DNA from: Lingula anatina | Taxonomy: Eukaryota; Animalia; Brachiopoda | Assembly (NCBI GenBank): GCA_051362555.1 | Contig: CM120648.1 | Span: forward strand, 16,302,587-16,366,586 | DNA: 64,000 nt | Direction of reading: 5' to 3' | In this document: positions 46,121 to 60,667 of the stretch, piece by piece | How the letters are laid out: each line of letters begins with the position of its first letter | How positions within the stretch are numbered: the first letter of the stretch is position 1 | Program-made: the position numbers and the translations under genes | Notes under the pieces: generated by a model | Seen by the model: only the letters and a program-made list of their open reading frames with translations | The model's database searches: none | Told to the model about the DNA's origin: nothing

Positions 46121-49100
46121 AGTATCATGTGCATTTATCTATAAATGATCACATCGCAGGTGAAGATTGTTATAAATAGTGATTTTCATTCCAGATACCA
46201 TAACTAACAAGATTAGTGATACAAAAAATACAAACTAGCGGTGAAGATATCAATATTTAATACCGTTTATTCACATTTATTACATGTACCCCTCAAATCC
46301 GACGTTTCACTGTGATTCTCACGGAGGTAAAGAAATGTTCATTAAATTGAAATGGCATATGAAATGAAATATTAGGAGGAAGTGATTCAGATGAACTTGT
46401 ATTCATTTACTTCCTTTCTGAATGAATGCTTATCCTGAATGTGCCCCCTTAATTGTCTAGGAGCTATTGGAATACGTGTCCATAAAAATACAAACGTTGA
46501 TGAAAACATGATAACCTCCATTGGCAGAGCTGAGTGTTTACTGGCATTGGTGGACTGCACAACTGACACAATGCATGTACTACTAAGAAATGCACATGTA
46601 GTAAAAAGATATTCACACACATGATAAGAAACAAGATGATACCATACGCTAAACTTCAGGAAATCAAATACATTGTCAGATTTGAAACTATATACCTTTG
46701 TGTTGTTACACAAGAGATGCATGTTGTATATTTTATGCCGGTTACTTTACTTAGCTTAATTCATCAATGACTGAATAAAAGGCTCACTATAATAATGTAA
46801 TCCTTTGCGAAACATATAATAAAAATTATCTGTGTAGGGCACAACTTTCAATAAGCTTCAAGCACTGTAGTGCACTCAATACGTCACTCACGGCAAGAGG
46901 GTGCGAGGTTCTCGTCTTGGACATCGTCGAGCTACGAGATAATCATTTCTGAGAACGTAATGCTACGGGATCCTCGTCTGACAGAACAGCGAGCTAAGAG
47001 ATTCTCATTTCTGAGTAGGTCAAAATGCGATATTTTCGATTCAAAGAAAACAAAGCCCAGTCTAAACGTAAAAGTTTCAAAATATCCTCCTCCTAGCCAA
47101 GGGTGGCCCTAAGGTTGTTTTCTGAATAATTTTGAAAACTTCAACTTAAATTTATCTTTTGGCATGCCAACTTTTTTAGACGTGTAAGAAACTATAGTAT
47201 TAGTTACAGGAAATCTTTTCTCGCTTCACCTCTAACTTGGATATAATTAATCAAGATCATTTTTTCATACGATTTGAAATCCTTAAATCAAGATATTCAA
47301 TCACATTTTAGCCCAAGTAATGTAAAGGAAAAGATAAATGTGTCTTTTCAGGCATCGTTTATTTTGTCATGACTTGAAATGTAGAGCTGAATGCACGCCG
47401 GAAGATTCAACACGAACTGTCCACTGCATGCTACACACAAGAGTGTCATTTTCGAGGCGCAGTCGAGATAATTACCCTCTCGTTTGTGGCATATGATGGC
47501 CGGGAGTCAATTGCTTATAACGACCTGTGCTTTTTGCCGAAGAGAAGGTGACTGATGGTGTCAATTAGCCAAAGAAATATCTGTGAATATAAAAATCGAT
47601 CTGTGTCCCTGGTAAAGAGTAGTTTGTAACTGACTTATCCCAGATCTGGCACTCCGAACAAAAGCATAATTACAGGCCTATTTCGCGTTGCACTAACATA
47701 TAAAAATACACCCCAGTGCACGCTTACTGGTAATGAGTAGGCCAAATACAACCATCGTATAGTATGAAGCTGTGATATTATAACACATACATTACGGGTC
47801 TTTGGTGGGTCCTACTTTGGTAGATATTAATTAACTGATAAATTGAGGGTACTACATGGTGCGTATATAAATATTGCCATTTCTATTATGTTAATCTCAC
47901 CAAATACAGATAGCTACTTCTCATAGCAAACACTTGTGTTTACTAGTTACCGTATTATATTAGTTCACCTGGTTAAAGTAAATTATATGTTATGTCTAAC
48001 TGATTTCCCCACCTTTGATTTGGCACAAACAAATTAACTGGGCTAAATTAAAATGAAATAAAAATCTTAATCTGAAGCAGAGCGTTTGATCCAGTTCCCC
48101 ACAAATTAGCTATCATAATGACGCAATCTACTAAAAAGCCATATCATTCTATCCAAGCTTTCGCCCCCTCTTTCCAAACAAAATCCTAATTGGTACAAGT
48201 GGTAATCACGGTTGAGATTCAAATCACAGAGTATGCAATTATTAGTGAGTCTTGCCTTTGACTGGTCGATTTTCAATCCCCCACAACATTACTAATTAAT
48301 AGTACCGGCTTAGAAGAAACTTGAGATTGCAACCGGTTGTGATTGTGATATTTCATAAACACAGGGTGCCTCCATGATGGAAGTCTCGCGTAAGTTTCAA
48401 AATGGTTCGAATGCCTACGAACAGGCCTGAAACTAGCACTACTTAAATAAAGTAAAACCATTAACAATATATCAACATGTAAAATGACTTTCATACTCTG
48501 AACTAATTTCACCCGTAATTGGATAACAGATACACACATTCAAAGCAATGTAAAACTTAGGGTGAGATCATCTAACGCAATCACACACACACACACACAC
48601 CCACACACACACACACAAAAAAAAAAAAAAAATGCTTTGCTTGTTGTAACAGCTGTCTTGGTGTTCATTTTCGATGAAATTAACCCAAATACAATCTTAC
48701 TTCTAACAAATTCATATTTTGCCAGACAAGAACCTGTCCATCGAACAGGCAACTTGAAAAAACAACACGTCCGCCACAAAAAGTTTTTCGTGTTGGGCAG
48801 TTGGGTTGGCGGCCTAATAGTCAACTGCAATGATATTATGTAATCCCTGTACTTGAAAAAAGGGGTTTGTTTTTCTTGTCTTTACAAATAGTGACTTGAC
48901 CATCTCTCCATCTCTTAGATATGTTGCTATTAGGGTAACTTTTGAATCGCCGTCTTTATTTATTTGTTCGTTTATTATTTTATTTTATTTATTTTATCAT
49001 TAGTTTTACCTCTAATATTATCTTAATCTTATGCTGTTCTTCATCCCATAGATTTCCATATAACAGAGTAATTTGGGAGAGGGGTTATATATGCTGTCAA

Positions 49101-51347
49101 TTTCCTTAACCTTCGATACCATTTCTCTTTGATTCACTTCATATGTAATAATACTCAAGTGTTCTTTTGTGACATACATATCTCGTATTATTGCCAAGCT
49201 GAAGAAATATTATAGAACAATTCAAAGTTTATGTTATGCTTTAAATGATAAAGGGTAACACTTCAATAAAATCAATTTTTCTGGTCAAATCTACTTTGGA
49301 GACTTTTCTATGGTTTCAATCTAGATGCTTAGAAACACTGATCAGGCATACTTATGGATAGTCTACAGATTTTTTTGTACCACCTAAGACCTATGTTCCG
49401 CAGTATTTTTTCCCAGAAATCTCATGCATTATGTTATCTCAGTATTTGAACAAATACCTCTGAGCAAATTCTGATTGTGTCGTTTTACAAAAAGTGCCTT
49501 GAGCAAATCCTGCTTGCCTTGCTGCCATTCCCTCCATCGATTTTTTTCTTCACATTGCTCCTTATGTGGCAAACCTACTTCAACATTGGTCCTCAATTGT
49601 TATTTTTTGTTATTTTTATTCTTAATGATATATTCGAAATAACCTCTGTCATAATACAAGCATGTAAAGTTTCTCCGTCAGTTTTCATTTCACTAACCTT
49701 CACTCTTCTCCCAAACCAGTTATCCTCTCATACAGTAGACATCCTCGTAAATACAACATTCTTAGGCTGTTCTACAACTATTTTTATGATCCTTTTTATC
49801 CTCGAAAATATCATATTGCTGTCTTTATTTATTTATTTATTTATTTATTTGTTTGATTTTTTATACATTATATAGCATTATTTTTTTCACCACTAATATT
49901 CACATAATTTTAACTGTTCTCCATCCAAGAGAAATCTATATGATAGTGTAATTCTTTTGCCACCCAAAACCAAAAACAAGAAACTGTTCGGGATGCAAAG
50001 AGGTGACCTCTTACCTCAAAGGTCCATCACGATTTTTAACTTAGTTTTCGGTGTTACATTTACCTGTCTTAACTTCTTTACTTCGAATAAAGGTTACTAA
50101 TTTTCATTAAAGTAAAAGACCGCTCACTATTACAGTATGTCAGAGGAGAAAATGAGGGACCCTCTGGAAATAATTAAGTAATATTAAGGGGTCTTGAAAT
50201 ATGTAAATGAGAGAATTCGGGCCGGGGGGTGGGGGGGTGGAGAAAAGTTATTTTGGATATATGAATAGGCATTTTCTTTTCTACCCCACCCTCCCGACTT
50301 AAATAATGACCAGTCCCAAATGATGTAACCTGTGCTGTTCCAAGATCAATACACACATTAAATGTGATGGATTTTTTTTCTAATAACACCAATTTAAAAT
50401 ATCGCATGTAATTTTGCATGGTTGTGAATGGGGCCCCTAACAGACCGTTCCCAAAGGGTGTCACGACCGCTGAGGGGCTAGTTAACGAGGGTAAATGTGA
50501 GCAAGCAGATGTGCAAAATGGCTAAAACATGCAACAGAATTGACGATTTGTCATGAATTATCTCATGGCAGAACATCTGTGTGATACCCCTCAACAGATA
50601 ACAAGACTATTTAATAGAAAGAGGATCTCATACTAAATGTGTATAAAATGGCGGTCAGAGATGTTTCTGCTAGCGCGTATGTACGGTCGGAGTTGAAGGC
50701 ACAAAGTGTTATGACCGTGTGATACATAATAACTTTGTTAGCAGAAAAGGAAAATATTGGTAATTATGTGTGCGTCAAGATGTTCAATTAGAACAAGACT
50801 GCTGAGAAAATAAGCTAAATAACTCTATACTTACTGCCTATGAAAGCACTGTCTTCCTCTTATTTTCAAAACGTCATTATTAGACAATACAACTGCCTCT
50901 CATGAGCTTTGGCTGTGGTTGTTTCTCTGGGTCAATAAAGGCCAGGGATGACTTATGTCTGGATGAGTGTCACAGTAAACGGTAGATCTACATATAAGTA
51001 GCCAATAACAGAGTGATGTTTCCGTTGCATTAGTGTAATTTTTCAAGTCAAAAGTTTATTGCAACATACGAAGCGGTACGCAGAATCATAAACCAAATAA
51101 CTCACATTATTTGAAAACTATTTTCATTATTTATAATGCCAATTCTATGAGAATAGAAAATTGCTACAAAAACAAATCAAAACATTTGAGGTATGACGTA
51201 TTTTAATCAGAATAAGTAGTCAGTGGAAACCAATAGTTTTCATCTCCCCAAACTCCAATGGTCACCTTGAAGCGTAAGACGTCACACGTCAATCATCTAC
51301 TTCCTGGATTTCCTCTACTCTGCAGTTTTATTAAAGTTTTAAAAGCC

Positions 51348-52501
51348 ATGAATGCGACTGAGATGTCGGTCAACGGGAACCCATTTCTTGAAAATGACGA
51401 AAAAGAAGAGGACATTCCTGATTTGGCTTTCATCAATCTGTATTATTTCGCTGTTGGTGGCATTACGGTTTCTGTTGTTTGTGTGGTTGGTCTTATTCTC
51501 AATTTTCTTTCAGTGGTTGTATTTTCACGTTTTGAGAAACGGTGCCCTACTGTTCTCCTGTTGATATGCTTGGCAGTGGCCGATAACATCCATCTTTTAA
51601 CAGTGTTCTTTAACTTCAGCGTCCCGGCCATTGACCCTTATACTGGGTGGTTCAAGAACTTCTTCTGCTTCCGGATGAAACACTTAAGGCTTCTGTATGG
51701 GTTGAAGTATTCCCTCTTCGTGATTACTGGTGGTTACGATCTACTGGTTAGTAGTGCTCGTAACGTCCAACCGTTATCTGCACCTTTGCTCTGAGAACGA
51801 TCTTCGAAGTGGAGCAACGGCAAGCATTAAAGTTTAGGCGTTAAGAGTTGGTGGCGTCGTGATTTTTGCCTTTCTCACCGATGTTCCACGATATTTTTTG
51901 GGGTCACTGCCTGAGCGTCCTTGTCCCTTTAACACAACGTCTCCGTCTCGGCGCCCCAATCCCGGTTACGCAATACCACAGAATGTTTTTTTTTTTACGT
52001 TTTTTGTGCAATTCTTGGTTCCTTTCATTATTGTTTTGATCTTAATGTGAAGATGGCCCACCACATAAGGGTTCTTGCGAAGAATCCGACCGTGATTGCC
52101 ATGAACAAGCTGGGCGTTCATCGTACTTTGATCAAAATGACCTTGGTTATCGCCCTTACCACTTTGGCCGCCTCCTTAACGGTGGCTCTATCTGGCCTCT
52201 TTGCATTCGTGTTATACCAGCGCAATGGTGAAGGGCGGGGCATGTTTTTGTATATCCAGTAATGATTTTGATCTGTACACTAAGTTCATGCAATAATTTC
52301 TTCATTTATGGTCTTTTCGGTAAACAATTCAGACGCACTTTGATTTCGTTATGTTGCCACCGAAAGCCGAAAAAAGAGGGACAAGCTGCTCGCGCTGTGG
52401 CAGAACGCAACAGAAATGCAGAGCCAGAAGAGTTAAAGCCAGGAGTGCAAACCATCTCTACCATAGGCTCTGCTTGCGCAGGAGAGACGATGTCTTCATA
52501 A
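51348..52501 (+). pseudogene. GPCR copy 5, heavily disrupted pseudogene
   Basis: Starts MNATEMSVNG; several indels/frameshifts (~51725, 51950, 52045, 52255), TAG for Trp at ~51835, DRY lost, native TGA changed to TGC. Confidence 0.88.
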
Positions 52502-52544
52502 CAAGATAAATGACCGATATTTGTTTCCGTTTGACATTTTCCTC

Positions 52545-52597
<53 letters not shown>

Positions 52598-52727
52598 GTT
52601 GTTGTTGTTGTTGTTGTTTTTATTGTTATTATTAAATAGGCTGCAGAACGCAACGTACAAAATACTGTAAATTTTAAAAATATTTTATTTAATATTAATA
52701 TTTAATATTTTATTTATTTATTTATAT

Positions 52728-52766
<39 letters not shown>

Positions 52767-52849
52767 TTTGTTATTAAGCCCATTGACATACAGGTTCAAA
52801 CCTACTTTACCATTTTGACTACATCAAAAAGCGTAATCGGCATGATCTA

Positions 52850-54436
52850 CACTGATGCTCATAAGTTAAGCAACACCCCGATTTTTTCAAAATTTCTTCT
52901 ATCATGATAATTATTTCATTTGTTGGTGGGATTATGCATATTTCTTTCATATTTTATAAATTATTTTTTCAAGTTGAATATTTCGGTTAAAGAAATACAC
53001 CACATAGCTTATTGTAATAATCAAAATAACTTTATTAACCAAACGGTACTAAAATATGCCAAATCATGTGTCAAAAAAGTATGCTCACACAGCAAAAAGT
53101 ACGTGCTGATTAAAACAGCTTATTATGAAAAAAATAAAGTTCAATCATCTAAGAATTAGTTTTAATAAAAGAAGACTGTAGATAATAGATGATTAATCGT
53201 CTATTATGCAATAAATATCGGGTGTGCCTTCCCTGGTTTTAAACAACAGCTTCACATTGTCACCTGCAACTTGCCACCAAATTCTGCCAATCTTGCTTTG
53301 GGAGCCGGTTCCATTCTTCATTTACTGCCAAATGTTTCTAACTGGAGGTTGTCTCTCATTTACTGCCCTGTCAATCATAAACTAAGCGTGATCGGTTACA
53401 TTGAGAATTGGTAAATATGCAGGCCAATCCCTATGTGGGATACCGAGCTGTTGCAGCGCGTCTTGCACAGACCGTGCTTTCTGGATGGGCGCATAGTCCT
53501 GCACCAAAATGATTTTTCTTCTTGGATTTGCTTGAATGTGTGATTGTATGCACCCCAGTGGTATTTCGTCTCTGTAATGTTGACCAGGGTACCTCCCTTG
53601 AATGACGTACAGTGGCAATTTTTCATCATATGAGAAACCGCACCATACTATGATGGAAACTCCACCATCCTGAACATGCAGAAGAACACAATCATTCTTG
53701 TTTGGACGTCTCCAGACGTCTAGCCGACCATTTGCATACATCAAAGTGAATCTGGTCTCCTCAGTCCACAGGACCTTTTGCCCAGTCCTGAGATTCCATC
53801 TTTCTCGGTATCTGGCTCATGTCAATCTTATTTTCTTGTGTCTGTTAGTCAACTGTGGCTTTTGACGAGGTCTTTTAGATGGAAGTTCAGCTTCTAAAAG
53901 ATGCCTGTTGACTGTTTGCCTTCTGATTCGAGCCCTTCCTAATCCAGGCCAGAGGTTCCTCAGCTGTTTGGCCGATATGAACTGGTCCTGGTGGCATAAT
54001 CGAACCAGATATCTTCATCTCTTGCGTCGGTTAATATTGGTCTACCAGAAAGAGTCTTGTCCAATACATGATGGGTTGGCGCCATTTTGCTACTTTGGCA
54101 CCCCAGCACGATGGCTTCCCATTATTTGCCATCTGATTACCTCGTTGAGTCCTCTTCTAACCATTGGTTGGTCCAAAATAACAAATTGTGCCCAAGAAAC
54201 TAGCCAAACTGGAAGCTCCCCATGGCATGGCCAAACTGTGTTTTTCGCAAGTGGCACCCCCACTGCATATTCTACCGTGTCCAACAGTAAACGGTATTCT
54301 AATGTAACGGTCCAGTAAGTCAAAGTAAAAACAAGAGAAATATCTAGCTTCTGTACAAATTTTGCCTCAATAAAAATTTTGGTTGCTGAGAAATTTGAGA
54401 AATAAGAAAGTGTTGCTTAACTTATGAGCATCAGTG
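52850..54436 (-). mobile_element. Degenerate Tc1-like transposon
   Basis: 27-bp TIRs CACTGATGCTCATAAGTTAAGCAACAC (52850-76 / 54410-36); TA TSD. Minus-strand relics KVLWTEETRF, GGVSIIVWCGFS, LVQDYAP, WPAYLPILN. Empty site GATCTAGATT in the paralog at ~2327. Confidence 0.85.
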
Positions 54437-55816
54437 TAGATTTTTTCACCGTCGGTAAAACACACCGCTTAGAGTTAGACTGTGTTTATAATTTTATTTC
54501 ACACATCTTGCGGTCTTTATTTTTATTTGTGCCAATTCTTTGCTTCAAAAGCTGCTGTTGTTTCACATATTTTTCCTAATTAATATTGGCTGCACTCATT
54601 AACATACTTTATTAATCCTGATGTTATTAACATTATGGCAGTTATATAGTATGGGGGATGTATGATTGTCCCCCCGTTTTTGTAATTTGGTATTTTTTTT
54701 TTATTTTTGGCCATTTTAATATAATATTAAAACATATGATAATTTTTAGTCATATGGACTTTAATTTTATTTACTTATGAGCAAAAAACGAGCTTCGTTG
54801 TGCTTGTAATTTGTGAACATTTGGTTTTATAAATATATTTGACCTTCTCATAGGTAACTTCTAATAAGTTATTTTCTTGCAATAACGTGGCGTGCCACTA
54901 TATATATAATCATAGTTGGTCAGAATTCAAAAAGAAATTATGAAGTGTAAAACTGTTGAAGCTAAGTTGAGATATTCTTAAATATTCTAAACCACTACCC
55001 TCTTCAAGGGCCGAAGATGAATAGCGTGCACTTTTCTCTAACAGTGGAGAAATTTGCCATGAATCAGCCATAGTGGATATCTAGTTTAAAATATCAATTT
55101 GTGACCTAGGTAATCAGCATTAATAAACCACCCAGCCATTTAATCTATAAGAAGGAACAGTGTTAGTGCAGATAAGTAGATTTCTTAACGTTAAATCATA
55201 GAGTAGATTTTAGATAAATTTATTGGGAGGTTTGCTTTCATAATGTTTTCCACACGTTTTATCACCCCAAAACATTCAACTATTCAATGCTATCACTGCA
55301 ATTTCCCTGTTTTTGGGCGTTAAGATTACTGAAATCTTTGAGAATTTTTAAAACTTCCACCTTCTTATTTGCCTAGGTATAATTTATTTCAATTCCCAGA
55401 TTTTTATTTCTTAACATCGGCACTTGTGTCATTTTCGATATATAGTTTTCATCTGCATTGATTAGTGTATATCTTTTCAATTAAAAGAAAAGCGCTGTAT
55501 TTTTATTTTTTATTTTTATTTTTTTTTGCTACATACATGTAGAGCTGATTGTGTATCATTGAAGCGTGCAGCATTGTCTTTTTTTCTGAGATGGCAATGT
55601 ATTTGTCATTTCTGTAAATTACAAAATTGAGATATTACAATCACTTTATCTACGCTTTAAGCGCATACTTCTTGCAAACTGTTTTAAATGTTGGCACAAG
55701 TACTTAATACATGTTACACATTAAAAGAAACGATTATTACCTTGACCTTAACGGTGTTTCTCTTTCAAAAATTCATGAAATTCACAAATTGCAAGCTGAA
55801 CCGCGTGATTGACATA

Positions 55817-58800
55817 CAGTGGTCGGAATAATTTTGTTTTCGTTGTACACCGGTGTAACAACGTTCGAAATGTTTTAATCCCTATCTTGTGAATAGAAGG
55901 GGGCGGACAAACAATGGAGGGCCGTATAAATCCCTTCAAAATTCGAACGCACAAACACAATAGCTTAGGTGGAATAACACAATACTTAATACGAGTGAAC
56001 CCCATGACGCCGGTTTCTGGGGCCCAGCGCGAGCGTGACAATCCGCTGTAACTAGGTGTAATTAACAGCAGGATACATCAGCCAGAAGGTCCCTATTGTT
56101 TGTTGCGGCGATAGGATTATAGCTTGAAGAGGCTAAACCCATGCTAAGGCGTGCCACGCGAAGCGAACTGTCCTTTCGTTCCCTAGTTTGGCACGCGCAG
56201 CTGGTTTTCAGTGTTGCTAACAAACTGCTAGTTAAATTTGTTATCAGTTATTTCATCCTATATGAAATTTCCGCAGTCAAAAATTGAACTAATTATTGTT
56301 TGTTTGGTTGAAATGCATGAGCGTCAGCATCAATCTGTCTCAAAAAATTCCTATTGCATTAATTTATAAATGTATAATGTATTTATGTACTTACGTTTTA
56401 ATTTGAAATATCTGCATTCAAGCGTTCAAGTATTTATAAAACATGAATGATAATGAAAGAGGAATAAGGAAATAACATATTACTTATATTATGCTTATAT
56501 TATAATATTGAAATTAAATGAGGTGCATTGACATAGGCGCAATGACAATCCAACTACAACGTGCAACAGGGGGAAGTCTGGCTCTTTGATCATACAATAT
56601 ACGAAAGTACGGTCAATTAAAAGTGTAAATCATCAGTTAAAGAGGAGGGGGTCTTACTATAGCTCGCTATCTATTGTTAAACCCGACTGTTTTTATCTCT
56701 CGAACAAGCTTAAAGCATGCCTATATAATTACTGTGTCTCCGGCTGCCGTTCAGAAACACCATGTCGAACATATTTTGCTACAGTGAGAAACATGGTACA
56801 GTACTAGCGACTTGTTTTAGATCACTCAAGAAAGGATGCATACGTGCGACACCAGAGGAAAACAATCAAGTATGCATCTGATCCATTAATAGTAGCCGGC
56901 ATTTAATCCATCGAACATATTTATATTTGTTCTTTTAAAACCAGTCTAAGGTTAACGCCAAATCAAAGCAAGCCTTGCAGACTGGTTTTGTTTAAACTGT
57001 CGTGCATCAAGTAAAGCTAAGTAAAGCCTGTTTCTACTTCACAGTGTTCATCCCAGCCATAAAACTGCATGAAGGATAACAAGACTCCGTAGACATGTGC
57101 TTCAGGTTTCCAGGAGTCCCGTGTAACACAATAATATCGAAGGCCTGAGAGTAATACATATATGAGGCCGTGTATGAAAGATTTAACAAATTAGAAATTC
57201 AAGAATTTAAACATGCTAGGTTCATGCACATCACTTAATAAGTCATTTCACAAAAATTGCATCTAAGGCCACACTTTTTTAATTTTATGGATGACATCCT
57301 GCGCGCGCACGGATTTTCGCCCGTTCTCCAAAAAAAAAAAAAAAAAAAACCCTCCCAGCCCCCAACGAAGTCGGTTGTCGCAAACGTCGTTATTGAATTT
57401 GCAAGGAAATGAGCTTTCTGCGCATGCGTATTTTCGCCACGTGGAAATGCGGCCACTTTGCTATCAAATTCATCTCTAGGATTACTTTCAAATTACACAA
57501 CAATAAAAGTCATAAAGAGAACGGGCGCCATCGTTTTGGATTGGTGTGCCATTGATATTGGGCATGGAGATATCACCTTTTTACAATTGTGCGAAAGGCT
57601 GGCGGCGGCTGAAACATTTCTGTGACATTCTGTACAAAGCAGCACATTAATACCAGGTTTTCTGTAGCGAAAAAAGGGTCGACAAGGGCGTCGAGGTATT
57701 TGGTAGGCTGAAGGTCGGACAGGCCACCTGACAGTAAGGCTGCTTTGTTCAGTTGAAGTAGACAAAATGGCATCGTCCGAAATGACCTTTAATAGATTTG
57801 GTAGTATTAAGCATATCTTTGCATCATTTTTTAAACATTTCTGTGAAATGTTCAAAATGCTTTAATATTCTGAGAATACAAATAAAGACACTGTTTGATT
57901 GATATTTGTTTTATTGAGTGCTATACCAACTGAATGCATGAAATAACCTTAAATAGATTTGGTAATATGAAGTATATCTATTCATGACTTTTTTACATTT
58001 CTACGAAGTATTCACAATGCTTTAATATTTTGAGAGCATGGATAAAGACATATTGTTAGTTTGATACGTGTTTCTGTGGTTAAATTTGCGTTTCCAGCTG
58101 TGTACTGACAGCATTCCTTTACTTAAGCAGTATTTTTTTTTTGGACTGTTTTTATTTTTTTCGCCCTCTCGCACCGATTTTGGGGTACCCAGAGGATGTC
58201 ATCCATAAAAATAAAAAAGTGTGGCCTAATTGTTTAGATTAACCTTTACTTTTATCGATCTCATCCCATTGTCTTAACCACCTAAAAGAAATATAGAGTA
58301 CATGAGGAAAAGTAACACGTTTACATGCAGGCGAAGGAGTTATACTTCAATATTAATCGCGAACAATATCAACAGCGACTAAAGACCGTTGCCTGTCTTT
58401 CACACTTTTACACAAACACACGAAGGTTTAATAAAGGGAGTCGCGGCGCGATATCTATCTCTTTCATTCGAACAAGCAAAGGGCTGACCCGAAGTAAGCT
58501 TTCTATACTAATGTCCTTTTTATTGTATATTGTAATTACTCTACTTGCTCGCCTCCATTGTCTTGTAAAAGTGACAAAGAATGTGTTGTATTCACACACG
58601 AGTTGAAAGAACTTTGCATAACTCCTTTGCCTTAAGTTGCATAATGTCTTTCTCAGGGTTATAATCAGTGTGAAGAGGGTGTCTTGCCTCATTTAAAAAG
58701 GGTGCTGTTCTTCATAGTGGTTGTTGCTTAACTTATGCTAATCTTTATCTTTTATGTACCAATATGGTTTTAATAAATCGCCAAAATTATGAATTTCATG

Positions 58801-60667
58801 AACATTGTGTATCAAACGTTTTGATACGATTTAAATAAATGGACGAGGAGGATTACGGTATTAGGTTCTATTTACCTCTGGCTTTAACTTCGCCCTGCTA
58901 TATAAATGAACAAATGTTGCAGATCGTAACAAAAAACTTTCTTATAGAGTTTTATGACATATATGATTTACACATTTGATAGTGAAACACTCCTCGACTT
59001 TAACGAATCACCTGACGTAAACTGTCTTCCCGCGCTCCCCGTTTCTTTTAATTTTGAAATGAATTGCTTTTAAGGCAAAGAAGTCCATTAAACCCTTTAG
59101 TCTCAATATCATTGTACAGCATGTTGTTATCGATATTTAAAAAAGTTAATTTTTGTACTCCGCTTTCATCGAGGATACCTCAAGTTAAGGTTACAATTAC
59201 GTCGCTCGCCTATGCTACTGGAATATATATTTAAGGACAAATTAAGCTTTGTAAAGTCCCTATTGTCACACACCATAGATACTTTATTTTGTCTTGAATG
59301 AAAAAATAGCCTCAAATTTCATTACTTGAACCAAGATCTGTACTATAGCTACCAAGACGTACCGGTACATGCATCAAGTTGGGTCTGCTGGGGGAGGGGG
59401 CATTTAAATGATAAACGAGGAAGTCTACCTGCAAAAGCAGCAGCAGTGGTTTAAATAATCGCTATCTAGACTCCTTTTTCGTTGACAGCAACATAAAAAG
59501 TGTTTAGGGAGAAAGTCACACAAAGACCCGACGTTGTTTTGTCTTCAGCATTTCCTCTTCCTTGTTATCTGCAATTACTATCGTCAATTAATGAAATCGA
59601 GAAAACAATTAAGTGACGGCACATTGAATATAGTCACTAGGTGCATTTCGCTGAGTGTTTACAAGATCTAGCGACACATTTTATCGCCACGCGTTCTAGT
59701 TTGATTAGTTTAGAAAATTAAACAGTTACTCTGGCGGCTCTCCGTCATTGCTATGAATCTGACATCGAATTTAGTCCAAAATATTAGTAAATTCAGAATT
59801 ATTAGCTAAAACGTAAATTGCCCTAATTTGTCATATAATCAAAAATGCCGGTGATCCACGCGGAGGGTACGCTTTCCTGAAGGTAGCGGCGACGAATAGT
59901 GAACCTTTATTAGTTACGAAAAGCCCCCTTTCAACAGGCGCGTTTTATTAATTACTTCATGTCACAAAGTTAATTTATACAGGCAAAACTTTATTCAAGG
60001 AAATTGTTTCACGAAATGAACGAGAGTTAAATATAAGTCGGCACAAATATAATAAGGCATACAACAATGAGTCATGTCATGGATCATGTTATGGGCCATG
60101 TCGGATTGTAATGGCATATCTTGATGCAAAACAGTCTATCGTTTCTTCCACCACGAGTCCCTTTATTTAATGTAATGTATTACTCATTACCCGTTTCATT
60201 TGACACTCTCTCTTTTTATCTCCCTTCCCCTTTCTCTTGTTAGAAGGAGGGCAAATAATTAAGCACTCAAAATCTGCACCACCAATCTTCAGAAAAACAT
60301 AAGTCAACGAACCAGTGGGCTGATCCACAACATCCGACACAGCAGAATGAATCAAATAACAGCTAGCACAAATTTATATGCAGTTACGGTAGCTATAGTG
60401 TCACTACATACATAATCAGCTGCACGCGCGAAGCTGTTGAACAAAAGGATAGTTCGCTACGGGAGACCGTTTGTTTACATAAGTACTCTAAGGGGGCGTG
60501 GCTACCCAGGCGACCAGGGGATTAGGCTAGTTACTATATGCCGTCAACAATCGTTTAGCGACCCTATCATTATACACTCTCTCTATTGTATTTTCCACCG
60601 CATTAATCGCAGTGTAATCTTCAAATGGTCCACGGGGTAAATGTACACATTCTAAATCCTAGTACGG
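55817..60667. mobile_element. 4.85-kb insertion flanked by TA, unclassified
   Basis: The paralogous flank (~6591-6630, GACATATTACATGTAGTTTCGCAAGAATAAAG) is split here into GACATA| and |TATTACTAGTAGTTCCGCAAGAATAAAG. No clear TIR pair. Confidence 0.55.
57267..58226. mobile_element. 960-bp non-autonomous DNA transposon (Zator- or Harbinger-like)
   Basis: 34-bp TIRs GGCCACACTTTTTTAATTTTATGGATGACATCCT (1 mismatch); 3-bp TAA TSD (57264-66, 58227-29). Confidence 0.8.
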
